Shown: positions 1 through 13,189 of the stretch, one piece after another | How the letters are laid out: each line of letters opens with the position of its first letter | Numbering within the stretch: position 1 is the first letter of the stretch | DNA from: Octopus sinensis | Taxonomy: Eukaryota | Length of the DNA: 64,000 nt | Assembly: GCF_006345805.1 (NCBI RefSeq) | Contig: NC_043001.1 | Coordinates: 116,250,001 to 116,314,000, forward strand | Direction: 5' to 3' | Position numbers and translations under genes: made by a program | Notes under the pieces: generated by a model | Database searches by the model: none | Told to the model about the DNA's origin: nothing | The model's input: only the letters and a program-made list of their open reading frames with translations

Positions 1-467
1 CAGAGCCACTTGTTTTACTAACAGAAGAAAGCAACCATAGAAAATATCAACATATAAAAGTTAACAAAGAAGCCTCTATGTGCTTGTTTGACCTGCTGGA
101 AACAGCAACCACATTGCCTTCCAAATTTTCTGTAAATTTAAAATACATATCCCAATTGTAACCCTGTAACTTATGATGATCCCTCACTGCACATCAGTGT
201 GCGGCAAGGTCCTTAGGTGTGGTGTACCTGGAACAACAGGTGTGTACATCAGGGCTAGTCATTCCACCAACTACCTATGTGTGCCATAGGAATGTCCAAT
301 CAAAACCAATCTTGATCTACTCACCAACAACAACAACTATAACATATATATAATTACTGAAGAGAAAATGAAGAAATGAAAATCAAAAACAAAAACTATA
401 AAAAAAAAACAGAAAAAGGAAAATCTAAAAAAACATATATATAAAAAATTAACACTGATCAACTTAC

Positions 468-563
468 CTGATCAACAAGATGTAACTTTGTAACATATGC
501 CCTTTCTGTCTTAAGTAATTCCTCCACAATTTTGTACCTGATATTTTTTTGTTTCTCAGATTC
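468..563 (-). CDS. FGD4: Internal coding exon (96 bp, phase 0/0) of an FGD/Frabin-family FYVE-RhoGEF-PH protein; N-terminus of the DH domain
   Basis: Minus strand reads ttttatAG|GAATCT...GATCAG|GTAAGT. Translation ESEKQKNIRYKIVEELLKTERAYVTKLHLVDQ matches DH conserved region 1 of FGD1-4 (K-I-x-x-ELL-x-TERAYV-x-x-L-x-L-x-DQ). The specific paralogue name is tentative. Confidence 0.88.
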
Positions 564-865
564 CTATAAAAAGATAAACAGAAACATGAATATATAACAG
601 CCGCAGCATATTTTAAACATACTTAATCTTTTATTCTCTTAATGGATTCAGTCATTTTAGTGTGGACATATTGGGGCTGGGGGAAAACACATTTTTATGG
701 GTATAGTTTGTTGCATCGACCACCTCTATACTTTTTTCATTAATCTCAGAAGACTGGGGACAAAGAGGAACTGCATGAAATTGGAACTCGGAATGCAAGG
801 ACACACAATCAAATAAATAGCAAAAGGTAGTTTGTCTATTGAAAACAGTTGTTATTATCCTATAT

Positions 866-1008
866 ACTAGGTTGTCCCAAAACTTCTTAAACACTTGCGA
901 AAATTGAATTTTTACTCGCCAAGTACTAACAAAAACAACAAAAATTATTCCTCAAAATAAAGACCATTATTTTCCAAGACTTTCTACGAACTTTTGGGAC
1001 AACCTTAT
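866..1008. mobile_element. Tc1/mariner-derived MITE
   Basis: TIRs aggttgtcccaaaa(c/g)ttc at about 869 and, inverted, ending about 1005; TA flanks; minus strand retains a mariner-like transposase C-terminus KVLENNGLYFE. Confidence 0.7.
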
Positions 1009-1922
1009 ATAAACACTAAGAACTTTTTCTCTTTTCTCTCAATCCCTAAACTATAAAACGATCTATGAAGAAAAGGGGTGTAAAACATTCCACCACGCTG
1101 TAATTATTTTCATCCTGATGAAATATCTCGCATCATAAAATGTTAAATTGATCACAGGTTATGTCAGGCTGATGACTTCTAAAAAGAATGAAACAATGCT
1201 AGACATGATTACTGCCAGCTAGAAATTTTTAGAATTCTGTAATGAAAAATGAAATGTGAGAATTCTGTATGTTTTGTTTTGGTTTTTTGTTTTTTTGTAT
1301 GGTTCTTTAATTTCAAATTCAAATTTCTAATCCCACCTCATATTATGAAAAAATGGGTTTTTTCCCTAGTAATAGCTGTGACCACTAAGATTCTATCTTC
1401 TGCTCTACTGATGTTTAGTGAGGGAAGAGCGGTACCTGGGAGAGAGGGGAAAGAGAAGAAAGGAAGAATGAAATGAAAGGAAAGAACAAAAGGGAAGCAA
1501 AAGAGAATGAAGACAGCAGCAAAAAGAAAGGCAAAGGGAATGAGGATAGAGGTGAAGGAAAGATGAAAAGGGGAGAAGGGTGGGCAGATGTGGATGGAGG
1601 TGAAGAAAGGAAAGAGTGAAGAGAAGGGAAGGAGAATGCCAGGAAAAGAGAGAAGGCAGTTTACAGATATCCAAGACTTAAATATTCATCTGACCAATTC
1701 CAGCAACAAAGTGGATGCAGAGATTAAAAGGAACAGAACCACACAAACACCAAAACACAGGAAATAAAACTGAGGTGAACCAGTTCTTGATGGCAATAAA
1801 CTGTAACCAGCCATGACCAGCTTGTTATAGAGATAAAGAACAGTTTGTCTTCACTAATTATGCTAAATACATATAATTAACAGTATCCCAAACACACAAA
1901 CACATTATATATATATGTGTGG

Positions 1923-1962
<40 letters not shown>

Positions 1963-1964
<2 letters not shown>

Positions 1965-2366
1965 TCTTTTACTTGTTTCAGTCAGTTGACTGTGGCCATG
2001 CTGGAGCACTGCCTTTAGTCAAGCAAATCAACCCCAGGACTTATTCTTTGTAAGCCTCGTACTTATTCTATTGGCCTCCTTTGCCGAACTGCTAAGTTAT
2101 GAGGACGTAAACACACCAGCATCGGTTGACAAGCGATGTTGGGGGGACAAACACAGACACACAAACATATACACTCATACATATATATACATATATACAT
2201 GTATGTGACAGGCTTCTTTCAGTTTCTGTCTACCAAATCCACTCACAAGGCTTTGGTCAGCCCGAGGCAATAGTAGAAGACACTTGTCCAAAGCACCACG
2301 CAGTGGGACTGAACCCAGAACCATGTGGTTGGTAAGCAAGCTACTTGCCACACAGCAACTCCTATG

Positions 2367-2368
<2 letters not shown>
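1963..2368 (-). mobile_element. tRNA-derived CORE-like SINE, family A, full length
   Basis: On the minus strand: tRNA-like head with A/B-box-like motifs, CORE-like segment, central (TA/CA)n and 3' ...actgaaacaagtaaaagag tail; more than 20 related copies in the window. Confidence 0.85.
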
Positions 2369-2431
<63 letters not shown>

Positions 2432-2682
2432 ACACATACAAACACACATACATACGTACATATATACATAAATATGTAAGTACGTACATATGTATGTATG
2501 CATGCAGGTGCTATATAGTATGACTAGGCCCTGTACTACTGACAGATGAGATACTCCAGATATATACACACACAACACACATAGATATCTAAAATGATAG
2601 CTTCTGTGTGGTAGTGTGCTCTTCTACATAGATTGGCCAAATCTCCCAAATCAAAACTATTGCTTTAAAAAATGGACATGTA

Positions 2683-3056
2683 TTCTTTTATTCTTTTATT
2701 TGTTTCAGACATTTGACTGTGGCCATGCTAGAGCACAGCATTCAATCAAACAAATCGTCCCCAGGACTTATTCTTTGTAAGCCTAGTGCTTATTCTATCA
2801 GTTTCTTTTGCCAAACCGCTAAGTTATGGGGACGTAAACACACCAGCATCGGTTGTCAAGCAGTGTTGGCGGACACACACTCACACATATATGACGGGCT
2901 TCTTTCAGTTTCTGTCTTCCAAATTCACTCACAAGGCTTTGGTTGGCCTGAGGCTATAGTAGAAGACGTTTGCCCAAGGTGCCACGCAGTGGGACTGAAC
3001 CCGGAACCTTGTGGTTGGTAAGCATGCTACTTGCTACAGAACCACTCCTGCGCCTA
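2683..3056 (-). mobile_element. SINE family A
   Basis: Colinear similarity to 1963-2368. Confidence 0.85.
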
Positions 3057-4657
3057 TGTATGACAATATAATCTGAGACAATGGGCATGTGTTTTGCAGA
3101 GATTCATGTAAAAACTCATACTTGTTTCTTTTAATAACCACTTGAGCACCACTTTTGTAAATTATGCCTAAAGTGACCAGATGATCGTGCTGTATTTCAC
3201 ACACACACACACACACACACACACGTTGTCATTTAATGTCCTTGACCATGTGGACATGAACTGAATTGTTTGACAGGATCTGATGATCCAGACAACTACA
3301 TTGAACACCTGCCTTGCTTCACTTGCAAAATATAACAGAAATTCTGAAAGCAAAAGTGTTTGCATACATTGAAGTTGTGGATGTACGTCTATACACTCTG
3401 TGCACACAACTGGGTCCTTCACCCAATGTCCTTTACCCAGTATCCTTCTCAAGTCTACAATTGCTTTTTCTCTCTTTCCCCTTCTTCCATTCAGACAACT
3501 GGGTTATTTCCTTGATTCTATTGCCACCCCTACCCATATTTACCATCATTTTTACCATCATCCATCCCCACTTTTGTTTTATCCACTTTTGCTAACCTTC
3601 TCACTTTTTCAACCTTTAACACTTCATCCCCTTATCATTCAGTCCCCGCATCACTCTCCTAAGTGCTGTATTATTCTGCTGTTGTAAGTAATAAAATTTG
3701 AACCCATCACCATTTCTGTTCCACCAGTTACCATTCCCACTCCTCTGAGCTACTTCCAATTCATGTTTTCTGCCCAGCATTCTTTTTGCTTCCCTACACT
3801 CATAGTTACCATTGACTACTTGTTCACCACCATTCCCACATTCATCTCCTATGTACATGTGACCACCTATGCTTATAACCCTCTCTCAGTGTCCTCGCAC
3901 ACTCTTGCAGCTTTACTCACCATTACTGATTCTCCTGTCTCTACGATCTCTTCTCTTCATCATCTTAGACATTACCTTGAGGGTATGTTCTGACACCTTG
4001 TCATTACCACATTTATCTTTCTTTATGGTATCACTCCAGCCACCCCTACTTATGTAAATTACTTATATAAAATGCAAAATCTCTATTCCACCTTTCTTAC
4101 ATTATCCTCTCAACACCACACATAAAGCTCTATCTTCAATTCTCCCTCTCAAGTAAAGGGGTCTTTTTAGTGTTACTAATTTAGGCAACTTCACTAGTGC
4201 TGGTGCCACAAAAAAAGGGCATCTAGTATGTTTTTGTAAAGTGGTTGGCATTAGAAAAGACATTCAGCCGTTGAAGCCATAAAAAAGATGAGTTCAGTAA
4301 CAGATGTCATCCTCTGACCAGTTGCATTCTGTTTAACCATCCAACTCATGCTAGCATGGAAAGCAGATGTAAAAATGATGACAATATGTACATATATGTC
4401 CGGGAATCAAAACCATGATCGCAATATCATAGTTTCAATTCCTGGACTGGGTTGCACATTGTATTCTTGAGTGAAACACTTCGGTTCCTATTTCTCCAGT
4501 CCACTCAGCTGTAAATGAGTATCCCTGCAGCTGACTGGCATCCCATTTAGAGGAAATGTGATCTAAGATGCTTATACGCCATGGAAACTTGATAACTGAC
4601 CATATGAGTCTAAGGATGGCTATTTAAGCAATGTGTTTGTGGGTGATTAAGGGGTTA

Positions 4658-4711
4658 GATGAGTGCTGATGAAGGGTCAAAAACTGAAATATGGCATATT
4701 CGTCCATTATC
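4658..4711 (+). ncRNA. Degenerate type I hammerhead-like motif
   Basis: gatgagtg-CTGATGA-agggtcaaaaact-GAAAT-atggcatattc-GTC-cattatc; helix I pairs, helices II and III are weak. Confidence 0.35.
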
Positions 4712-4926
4712 CTTTTTTCATCTTTGATCTCATTGTTTGTTCACATCTGATATCTTGGATATGAAACATCATAACAAAAGTCAGTGTTGGTTATGCTTTC
4801 TATAGAGTATCTGTAGAGATAACCTTAACATGTTAAGACAGTAATGTGTTCAGAAGACTTACTTTAGTCTAGAGGTAGTGCCTAAGCATGGCCACAGCCT
4901 CTAACTAAAACTAATACTAGTATGTA

Positions 4927-4980
<54 letters not shown>

Positions 4981-5135
4981 CAAAATGGGACAAGATCACA
5001 AAACATCCGGACAGCTAGGTGATGCAAAAAGGGACAACAAAACATCCAGATAGACGATACAAAGAGAATAAGGACAAGTCATTCGAAGTTTTCTTTCTTC
5101 AGTCAAGTACCAGATTATTCTCGCAATTTTGGCTG

Positions 5136-5208
<73 letters not shown>

Positions 5209-6451
5209 GTGTCTGCATTCATTTGGAATTGTTTGGAATAACATGGTGAAAGTTGGGAGTAAAATAAAATATGTAATCTGATAGGGATACAGGAGAGAGA
5301 TAGTTAAGGAAAGGACTATGCTATACCACTCCCCCCCCACACACACACATACATACAGCCCATTGACTATATGTGTGGTGGGGGAGGTAGTGGCCTCTGG
5401 TAATTGGGTAGTAGCTTACCATTCCTTCAGTGAATAATGATTTAAAGGGTAAAGTGGACTGTTACAACTTCGCTATAATTAGCTAAGAGGAAAGGAATAC
5501 AGTCGTAAAGGTTTCATAAAGGTTGTGATGTTAAGATGAAAAGAAATAAAAGTTTAGCTTCATTGAAATATAATTAAAGGGAAATACACTCTGGATAATC
5601 CCAGTATTTTTTTTATTATTATTTTTATATCAGCGATGAGATAAAAGTTACAGTGAAAACACTCCCTCAGGATTTTTGTGGATGTGGTGGTGGTGGTGGT
5701 GGTGGATGGTGTGTGTATTGTGGGGAAGTACCCTGTCTCTGAACCAGCTAGAAATCACAGTCAAATCTCCCCTGAAATAACTTTTTTTTAAATAAAGAAA
5801 TAACATTTTAAAATCTGTGGACTTCTGGACCTTAGGCTAAACAAGAACAACATGAAACTGAAACTTAACTATAACTCTAGCCCTAGGCCAAAAAAATTGA
5901 ATTTGGTATATAGAAATCGTAAGGAAGCCTTCCACACACACACAAATACACACGTGTATGTATATATGTGTGTGTAGGTGTATATTTACATTCACATTGC
6001 GAATAAGAGAACTGAAGTACAAACAGTAACGTTTCTGGACATTCCCCTTCCACAAATACCCCACTAGGGGTGCACTAGTGAAGACAAATGAAATGAAAAA
6101 TCCTTTTCTTGAAAAACAGGTGAGAGTAGAGAAGGAATCAAGCCCCAATGATACTCCAATGACAGATTTCCATTTAATCCACGCAAGCATGGAGGAAAAA
6201 GGATGTTAAATGAACGAGTGTGTGTGTGTGTGTTGGTGTCAGGAAAGGCATCCAGCCGTAAAAACCATCCCAAAACAGACAGTGAAGCCTGAAGCAGTCT
6301 TGTCGCTTGCCAACTCCTGTCAAACCATCCAACCCATACCAGCATGGAAAACAGATGCTAAATGGTGATTTTATATACATATACACACACACACACACAC
6401 ACACATCATATATATATATATAAACAAGAAAAAAGCAACAAAAATGGATCA

Positions 6452-6548
6452 GTATTTCGGTACAATTGTTTCATACGAAGACCAGTTTTATTAAGGCTGC
6501 AAATATTGCAGCAAATACAAGTGACCCGTACTCATCAGCTGAAAACAC
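6452..6548 (-). ncRNA. Type I hammerhead ribozyme motif in a (TA)n-embedded element (about 6420-6755)
   Basis: Minus strand: gtgttttcag-CTGATGA-GTACG..long loop..CGTAT-GAAAC-AATT-GTA-ccgaaatac; intact core, palindromic helix III ACAAUUGU. Confidence 0.65.
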
Positions 6549-7096
6549 ATCTGAGTTCTCCAAACATCTAAGGGGGTGAGGCTACACTCCTGAAGCATCA
6601 GGGATAGTTCTATAAAAATCAGATTTAGATAATAAACGGACTTCCAAAGTTCTCTAATGTTGCACAGTCATATAACAGGTCTTAAAAAAGTATTTTTAAA
6701 AACCTGTTAGTTTCACAGAAAATGAAAATGTAAATCCATTCATGCTTTTACTGTATATATATATATATACATATATATGCAAAACATCCAGATGTTTAGG
6801 TGAAACAAAAAAGGGATAACAAAGTATCCAGAGAGACGATACAAGGAAAACAACAATGGATCATTTGAAGTTTTCTATCCTCAGTCGAGTTCCAGATTAT
6901 CTTTGCAATTTCAGCTGGTTATACTCAAGATTGCTCCAATCTGGCCAGCCCTAAGGAAAAATAAGCTAAAAGCATTACATTCCTTGGAAGAAAGCGGTAA
7001 ATGTTATACAAAAACAAGGACGGAAAAAACCCCCAGAAATGTTACATAAATACAAATAACAGGACGTATATATAGTAGTATATAGTATATATACAT

Positions 7097-7265
7097 AGGT
7101 GCAGGAGTGGCTGTGTGGTAAGTAGCTTGCTTACCAGCCACATGGTTCCGGGTTCAGTCCCACTGCGTGGCACCTTAGGCAAGTGTCTTCTACTATAGCC
7201 TCGGGTCGACCAAAGCCTTGTGAGTGGATTTGGTAGATGGAAACTGAAAGAATCCCATCGTATAT
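7097..7265 (+). mobile_element. SINE family A, 5' half
   Basis: ggtgcaggagtggctgtgtggtaagtagcttg...ggcaccttaggcaagtgtc. Confidence 0.85.
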
Positions 7266-7954
7266 GTGTATATGTATGTGCATGTGTGTCTGGTGATGGT
7301 GGTGGTGTTAGTGGTGGTGATGGTGGTGGTGGTAGTGATGATGATGATGATGATGGGACAATAGGGATGATGTGGTTAATGGCTACAAAAGTTTAGGATA
7401 ACCTAATAATGATAAAATAGCGATGAAGCTGATAATGAAAAATGATGACAAGGCGACAGATATCTATATTTCTATAAAACATGAACATGTCTGAATTCGT
7501 GTATGTCTACTTGTGTGAGATTTAAACACACAATCACTGCCATCTAACTAACACTGCATCTCTTAAATAATAACTGTAATGGCTTCTAATTTTGGCACGT
7601 AATAAACACTTAGCTAGGAAGAAGAGCTCCAGGAAATTAAATTGATTCCATTAAAGGAGATGAAAGTCCCCTTGATAGGATTTCAGCTGAAAATAATAAT
7701 CATCATCATTGTTTTATTATCCACTTGTAAATGAATAATAGTGTTTGTATGAACTGTGATTGTTTTGTTTTGTTTAAAGTGTGCACACATTCAACACAAG
7801 GAGGATACACACACACATATATATATACACAAATTTGACAGACCCCTAGTTTTCATCTACCAAATTTCCTTCATGAGGCATTGGTTAACCTATGGAGATA
7901 GTAGAAGATATAAACTAATAGTGTCCTCACAGTCAAAACAAACCTTCAATATAG

Positions 7955-8165
7955 ACAAATGGCTGAAGGAGATTTGAATAGAATGCCCTGTAGAGCTCCT
8001 ACAGAACGGTTTTCTCTTAAGGGCAGCAAGGATTATCAGGAGGGTTGTAACCACTTGAAAGACTACTGAAGACTTGTGGGTACCTAAAGTAACAGGTAGT
8101 GGTCTGCTCCCCACATAAATCCTATCAGGAATAAGCCCAAACCTGAGTCAAACCAAATAATAATA
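7955..8165 (+). mobile_element. R4/Dong-clade LINE 3' fragment with (TAA)n tail
   Basis: Translates ...PVELLQNGFLLRAARIIRRVVTT*, like the C-terminus of RLE-type LINEs; a related copy lies at 8733-8935. Confidence 0.55.
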
Positions 8166-8414
8166 ACTGCCCTGATGCAGTACCAGGCAGTGGCTCCCAT
8201 GGCTTCTGATCTTAATTGATTAGAATTGTTATCATGTACATATTTTGTCTTGGTTCAACTGGTACTTATTTTATTGACCCTGAAAGGATGAAAGGCAAAG
8301 TCAACCTTGGCAGAATTTGAACTCAGAATGTAGCGATGGGTGAAATACCGTTAACCATTTTGCCCAGCATGCTAATGATTTTGCCAGCTCACTGCATTAA
8401 TAATAATAATAATC

Positions 8415-8580
8415 ATCATCATCATTTAGTGTCCGTTTTCCATGCTAGCATGGGTTGGACGGTTCAACTGGGGTCTGTGAAGCCAGAAGGCTGCATCAGG
8501 CCCAGTCTGATCTGGCAGTGTTTCTACGGCTGGATGCCCTTCCTAACGCCAACCACTCCGTGAGTGTAGTGGGTGCTACT
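8415..8580 (-). mobile_element. Retroposon family B (RTE-like 3' end with (GAT)n tail)
   Basis: catcat...gtccgttttccatgctagcatgggttggacgg...ggatgcccttcctaacgccaaccactccgtgagtgtagtggg, repeated more than 12 times in the window. Confidence 0.8.
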
Positions 8581-8615
8581 TGTCCTGCCGGGTCTTCTCG
8601 CGCACAGCATACTTC

Positions 8616-8616
8616 C

Positions 8617-8692
<76 letters not shown>

Positions 8693-8730
8693 TAATAATA
8701 ATAATAATAATAGTAGTAGTAGTAGTAGTA
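8616..8730. repeat. (TAA)n/(TAG)n microsatellite
   Basis: Direct reading. Confidence 0.95.
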
Positions 8731-8732
8731 AC

Positions 8733-8935
8733 AGCTGAAGGAGACTGGAACAGAATGTCCTGTGGAGTTTCTACAGAAAGTTTTCCTCTTAGGGACAGGA
8801 AAGATTATCTGGGAGGTTTTAAGCACATGCAGGACTATTGAAAACTTCTGAATATCTAAGGTTACTTGTAATAATCCGCTACTCACATTAACTCTACCAG
8901 GAATAAGAACAAACCTGAATCAAATCAATGATAAT
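8733..8935 (+). mobile_element. R4/Dong-clade LINE 3' fragment
   Basis: Diverged copy of 7955-8165, flanked by TAA/TAG repeats. Confidence 0.5.
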
Positions 8936-8999
8936 TATTATAGTAGTAGTAGTAGAAGTAGTAGTAGTAGTAGTAGTTGTTGTAGTAGTAGTAGTAGTT

Positions 9000-9255
9000 A
9001 TTCTTCAGTAGTCTTATTTTATCATATGCTTTCACAGTACTACCGAGCACAGCTCTGTGTGCCTTGGATCTGTGCTGTGGTCTGTGCTTTACGTAGGAAG
9101 TGCACAGTGCCTAATAGTTCTACTTTCTGTATGTTATATACATTTGTAAGTCCTGGTGTTTTGGTTATATATATGTCTGAATGTTTTTTAATCATACCTA
9201 ATGCACCTATTCTTATAGGAATTGTTTCTGTTTTTAGGCTTCACATCCAAGTTAT
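9000..9255 (-). mobile_element. R4/Dong-clade LINE 3' end
   Basis: Minus translation ...LKTETIPIRIGALGMIKKHSDIYITKTPGLTNVYNIQKVELLGTVHFLRKA, then a 3' UTR; flanked by trinucleotide repeats. Confidence 0.75.
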
Positions 9256-9423
9256 TATTATTATTTACTTTTAATCTGCATATTTGTTACAATTACTTGT
9301 AACATGTCCAGCATCTTAGGGCAAGTGAAAGATAAGAGATGTCACAATATGACTGAAAGTTTGGGGAGGGGGAAGTGGCAGGGGCAGTAACAAAATATCT
9401 TCATGTAATACAACACAGACATT

Positions 9424-9778
9424 TAAATTGATAGGGTTTTTCTACGGATGTGGGCAGTACTTGTAAGCACAATCTTTTGGATTCCTCTGAGACATGGTTC
9501 TCCTGGGATGTTATCTAGATGTTTCTGACAGCCCTTTTTTATCATACATAGGACACTACAATAACAAGAACAGTTCTTGCTTTAAGAAGCCACATGTTTT
9601 GTATTTCAATTTCCAGGTCCTTTAATTACTTAATTTGTCAAATTCCTTTACAGATATATTTTTATCAGTGGGGACGCTTACCTCTATTAGTCTGCAGGTA
9701 TTTTCTTCCCTGTCTTTAACAATTATGTCTGGTCGATTAGCCTTGATTGTTCTGTCAGTGTTGACTGGAAAATCCCAG
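9424..9778 (-). pseudogene. R4/Dong-clade LINE restriction-like endonuclease (PD-D/ExK) fragment, frameshifted
   Basis: WDFPVNTDRTIKANRPDIIVKDREENTCRLIEVSVPTDKNISVKEFDKLS/KDLEIEIQNMWLLK...IQKIVLTSTAHIRRKTLSI*; abuts (ATT)n. Confidence 0.85.
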
Positions 9779-10429
9779 TTTTATTATTATTATTATTATT
9801 ATTATTAAAACTTTGAAATCTGTTTATTGGACCTATTTTAAAACCTCTAATAATTATCATTTCTAATAACAAAAATAAAGCAAAAAGAAAAACAAATGAA
9901 AAAAATAACAAAAAAACCAGCGTGTTGAGAAACATAACCATATCAGAGATTTGGAGAGTCATGTATGAGATGAGGTGTCATACAAAGGATGAGAGTCGAT
10001 AATTTGTAGAAGAGGTGTAATTAAAAGCTATTAATTACACCTCTTGACATATTATGATAAGAGGTGCAATTACGTGCATTGATGAATTTAGGCATTCTTG
10101 TTAATACTTAACATTTCAATGGAAATCCATAAAGAAATAGGTTTCTCATTGAGGGTTTCACATTAGGCATGGACATAGCTGTGTGGGAAGAAGTTTGTTT
10201 CTCAACCACATGATTCTGAGTTCAATCCCTCTGTGCAGCATCTTAGACAAGTGTTTTCTACTATAGTCCCTGGCAGACAAAAGTCTTGTGAGTGAATTTT
10301 GGTTGGCAAAAACTGAAAGAAGCCTGTTACATGTATGTATACACATACACATTCACACACACATTTGTATATATATGTATATATATATATATGTGTGTGT
10401 GTATGTATGTATGTATATATACATGTGTG

Positions 10430-10652
10430 TATTTCTTTACTACCCACAAGGGGCTAAACACAGAGGGGACAAACAAGGACAGACATAGGTATTAAGACGA
10501 TTACATCGACCCCAGTGCGTAACTGGTACTTTATTTATCGACCCCGAAAGGATGAAAGGCAAAGTCGACCTCGGCGGAATTTGAACATAGCGGTAGATGA
10601 AATACTGCTAAGCATTTCGCCTGGCGCGCTAACGTTTCTGCCAGCTCGCCAC
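10430..10652 (-). mobile_element. tRNA-derived SINE family C with a Meta/MESC-like central domain
   Basis: Minus strand ggcgagctggcagaaacgttagc...gttcaaattccgccgaggtcgactttgcctttcatcctttcggggtcgataaa; other copies near 8255-8393, 12150-12362, 13365-13572, 19308-19512, 43770-43950, 50640-50775, 53245-53478 and 56560-56760. Confidence 0.75.
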
Positions 10653-10654
10653 CT

Positions 10655-10687
<33 letters not shown>

Positions 10688-10709
10688 ATGTACATGTGTA
10701 TGTGTATGG

Positions 10710-11054
10710 GTAAAGGATAAAGACCCCCTTCAGTCATGAACGACCAAGGGATTGGACCTAGAAAGTTCCCCTCTAAGGCACAAGTCCAGGCAAAATTGTT
10801 TATGGAAGACCAGTAGTCACTTATGCATACTGGTCTCCCCTCTCCCTAACCACTGATGTTATCCAAGGGAGACACAAAGGCTGATACAGCTTAACACCAG
10901 TGATGTTGCAACTCATTTCTACAGCTGAGTAAACTGGAACAACATGAAATAAAGTGTCTTGCTCAAGAACACAACACACAGCCCAGTCTGGGAATCGAAC
11001 TCACCACCTCATGATTGTGAGCCTGATGCCCTAAACATTGAAGCCATGCACCTT

Positions 11055-11055
<1 letters not shown>
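10710..11055 (-). mobile_element. tRNA/CORE SINE family D
   Basis: tRNA-like head plus CORE-like gtgttcttgagcaagacactttatttc...ttactcagctg; second copy at 15911-16250. Confidence 0.8.
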
Positions 11056-11095
<40 letters not shown>

Positions 11096-11565
11096 CATCA
11101 TCATCATCGTTTAACGTCCGCTTTCCATGCTAGCATGGGTTGGATGATTTGACTGAGAGATGGCGAACCAGATGGCTGCACCAAGCTCCAATCTTGATCT
11201 GGCAGAGTTTCTACAGCTGGATGCCCTTCCTAATGCCAACCACTCCGAGAGTGTAGTGTCATCATCATCATCATCATCATCATCGTTTAACGTCCGTTCT
11301 CCATGCTAGCATGGGTTGGACGGTTCGACCGGGGATCTGGGAAGCCAGAAGGCTGCACCAGGCTCCAGTCTGATCTGGCAGTGTTTCTACAGCTGGATGC
11401 CTTTCCTAACGCCAACCACTCCGTGAGTGTAGTGGGTGCTTTTTACGTGCCACCTGCACAAGTGCCAGGCGAGGCTGGCAACGGCCACGGTCGGATTGGT
11501 GTATTTTATGTGCCACCGGCACGGAAGCCAGACGAGGCGGAGCTGGCATCGGCCACGAGTCGGAT
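11096..11565 (-). mobile_element. Two tandem family B retroposon copies
   Basis: Two (CAT)n-gtttaacgtccg...ccatgctagcatgggttgg units. Confidence 0.8.
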
Positions 11566-11584
11566 AATATATATATATATGTAC

Positions 11585-11620
<36 letters not shown>

Positions 11621-12477
11621 ATGTGGGAGGTGTACTATGTGCATGTGTGTTTGATTATGCTTACCCACCACCACTACTTACCAACCAGTGTTGGTTTGTT
11701 TACATCTCCCATAACCTATCAGATCAATAGAAGAGGCTGATGCAATAAATATCAGGTTTTAAAAAATAAATAAGTACTGGAATAAATTTGTTCAAAAGAT
11801 CCCTTCAAGATGGTGACCCAGCATGACCTCAGTTCAATGACTGAAATAAGTAAACAAATAAAAGATAAGAGAATATTATTTCCATAATATATGTGATGGC
11901 TGCAGTTTGCGTTTGTTGTTTATCCCCTCAGTCATTCATGATTGAACTGACCTATAATCAAAGTGGTTCCAGCCATGACCATCTCATCTGTTTACTTGAA
12001 GCACTGCAACAAGGAACACGTTATTCAATGCGTTGTTGACTTTCTAAGCTGGTAAGGAGTAATTTGAGTAAAATGCAACTGTTACTTCTTGCAGATTGAA
12101 TGACCACATCTTGTTATATTTGATTTTCATTATTGATGGGGAAGATTAAAGGCGTTGAACTGGCAGAATTGTTAGCATGCTGGGCAAAATGCTTAGCAGT
12201 ATTTCATCCATCTATGTTCTGAGTTCAAATTCTGCTGAGGTTCATTTTGCCTTTTATCCTTTTGGGGTCGATAAAGTAAGTAGCAGTTGAGCACTGGAGT
12301 TGATGTAATTGATTTAACCCCCTTCCCCAAAATTGCTGACTTTGTGCCAAAATTTGAAACCATCATCGATGGAGAAGACTAATAGTAATTAAGAAAAGAT
12401 GAAGTGAATTAATAATAGCAAGCCTAACGAAGTAAGGAAGACAGAGGAATATGACTTTATTTGACAAACATGAAAAT

Positions 12478-12643
12478 ATAGATGCAGGCATGACTGTGTG
12501 GTAAGAAGCTTGCTTCCCAACCACATGGTTCCAGGTTCAGTCCCACTTGATAGCACCTCGGGCAAGTGTCTTGTACTATAACCTCAGGCTGACCATAGGC
12601 TTGTGAGTGGATTTGGTAGATGGAAACTGAAAGAAGTCTATCG

Positions 12644-12676
<33 letters not shown>

Positions 12677-12860
12677 ATACATCTATGTATGTGTATGTCT
12701 TTGTGTTTGTCCCCTCCATCACCATTTGACAACCAGTGTTGGTGTGTTTACATCCCCATAACAGAGCAATTTAGCAAAAGAGACCAATAGAATAAGTACT
12801 AGGCTTTAAAAAATAAGTTGTTTAACCCTTCAAAGCAGTGAAACAAGTAAAAAAATAAAA
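12478..12860 (+). mobile_element. SINE family A
   Basis: Full-length similarity to 1963-2368. Confidence 0.8.
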
Positions 12861-13151
12861 GAATATTTGGTAATGTCTAGATGATCCAACCATAACTATC
12901 ACTTTTATTTGGCAAATATGTAAAAATGCAGAACCATATGGTAGGGGTAGTGACAAGAGACTCCAACCATGACCATCCTTTTTATTAGACAAAAACATCG
13001 AATATAGAACCATATGGTAGTAACAAAGTAAACTAAACTGACAGAATAAATACCGGGGCAGTGGAGTAGAGAGATGATAAAAACAGATGGAATATATAGT
13101 GGAAATACTACAGAATCTCTGTGTGTGTATGTATTCACACACGAACACACG

Positions 13152-13189
<38 letters not shown>

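Noticed and set aside
1159-1209. Hammerhead-like string CTGATGA-cttctaaaaagaat-GAAAC
   Set aside because: No valid helix III/NUH triplet and the base of helix II is mismatched; cannot be separated from chance.
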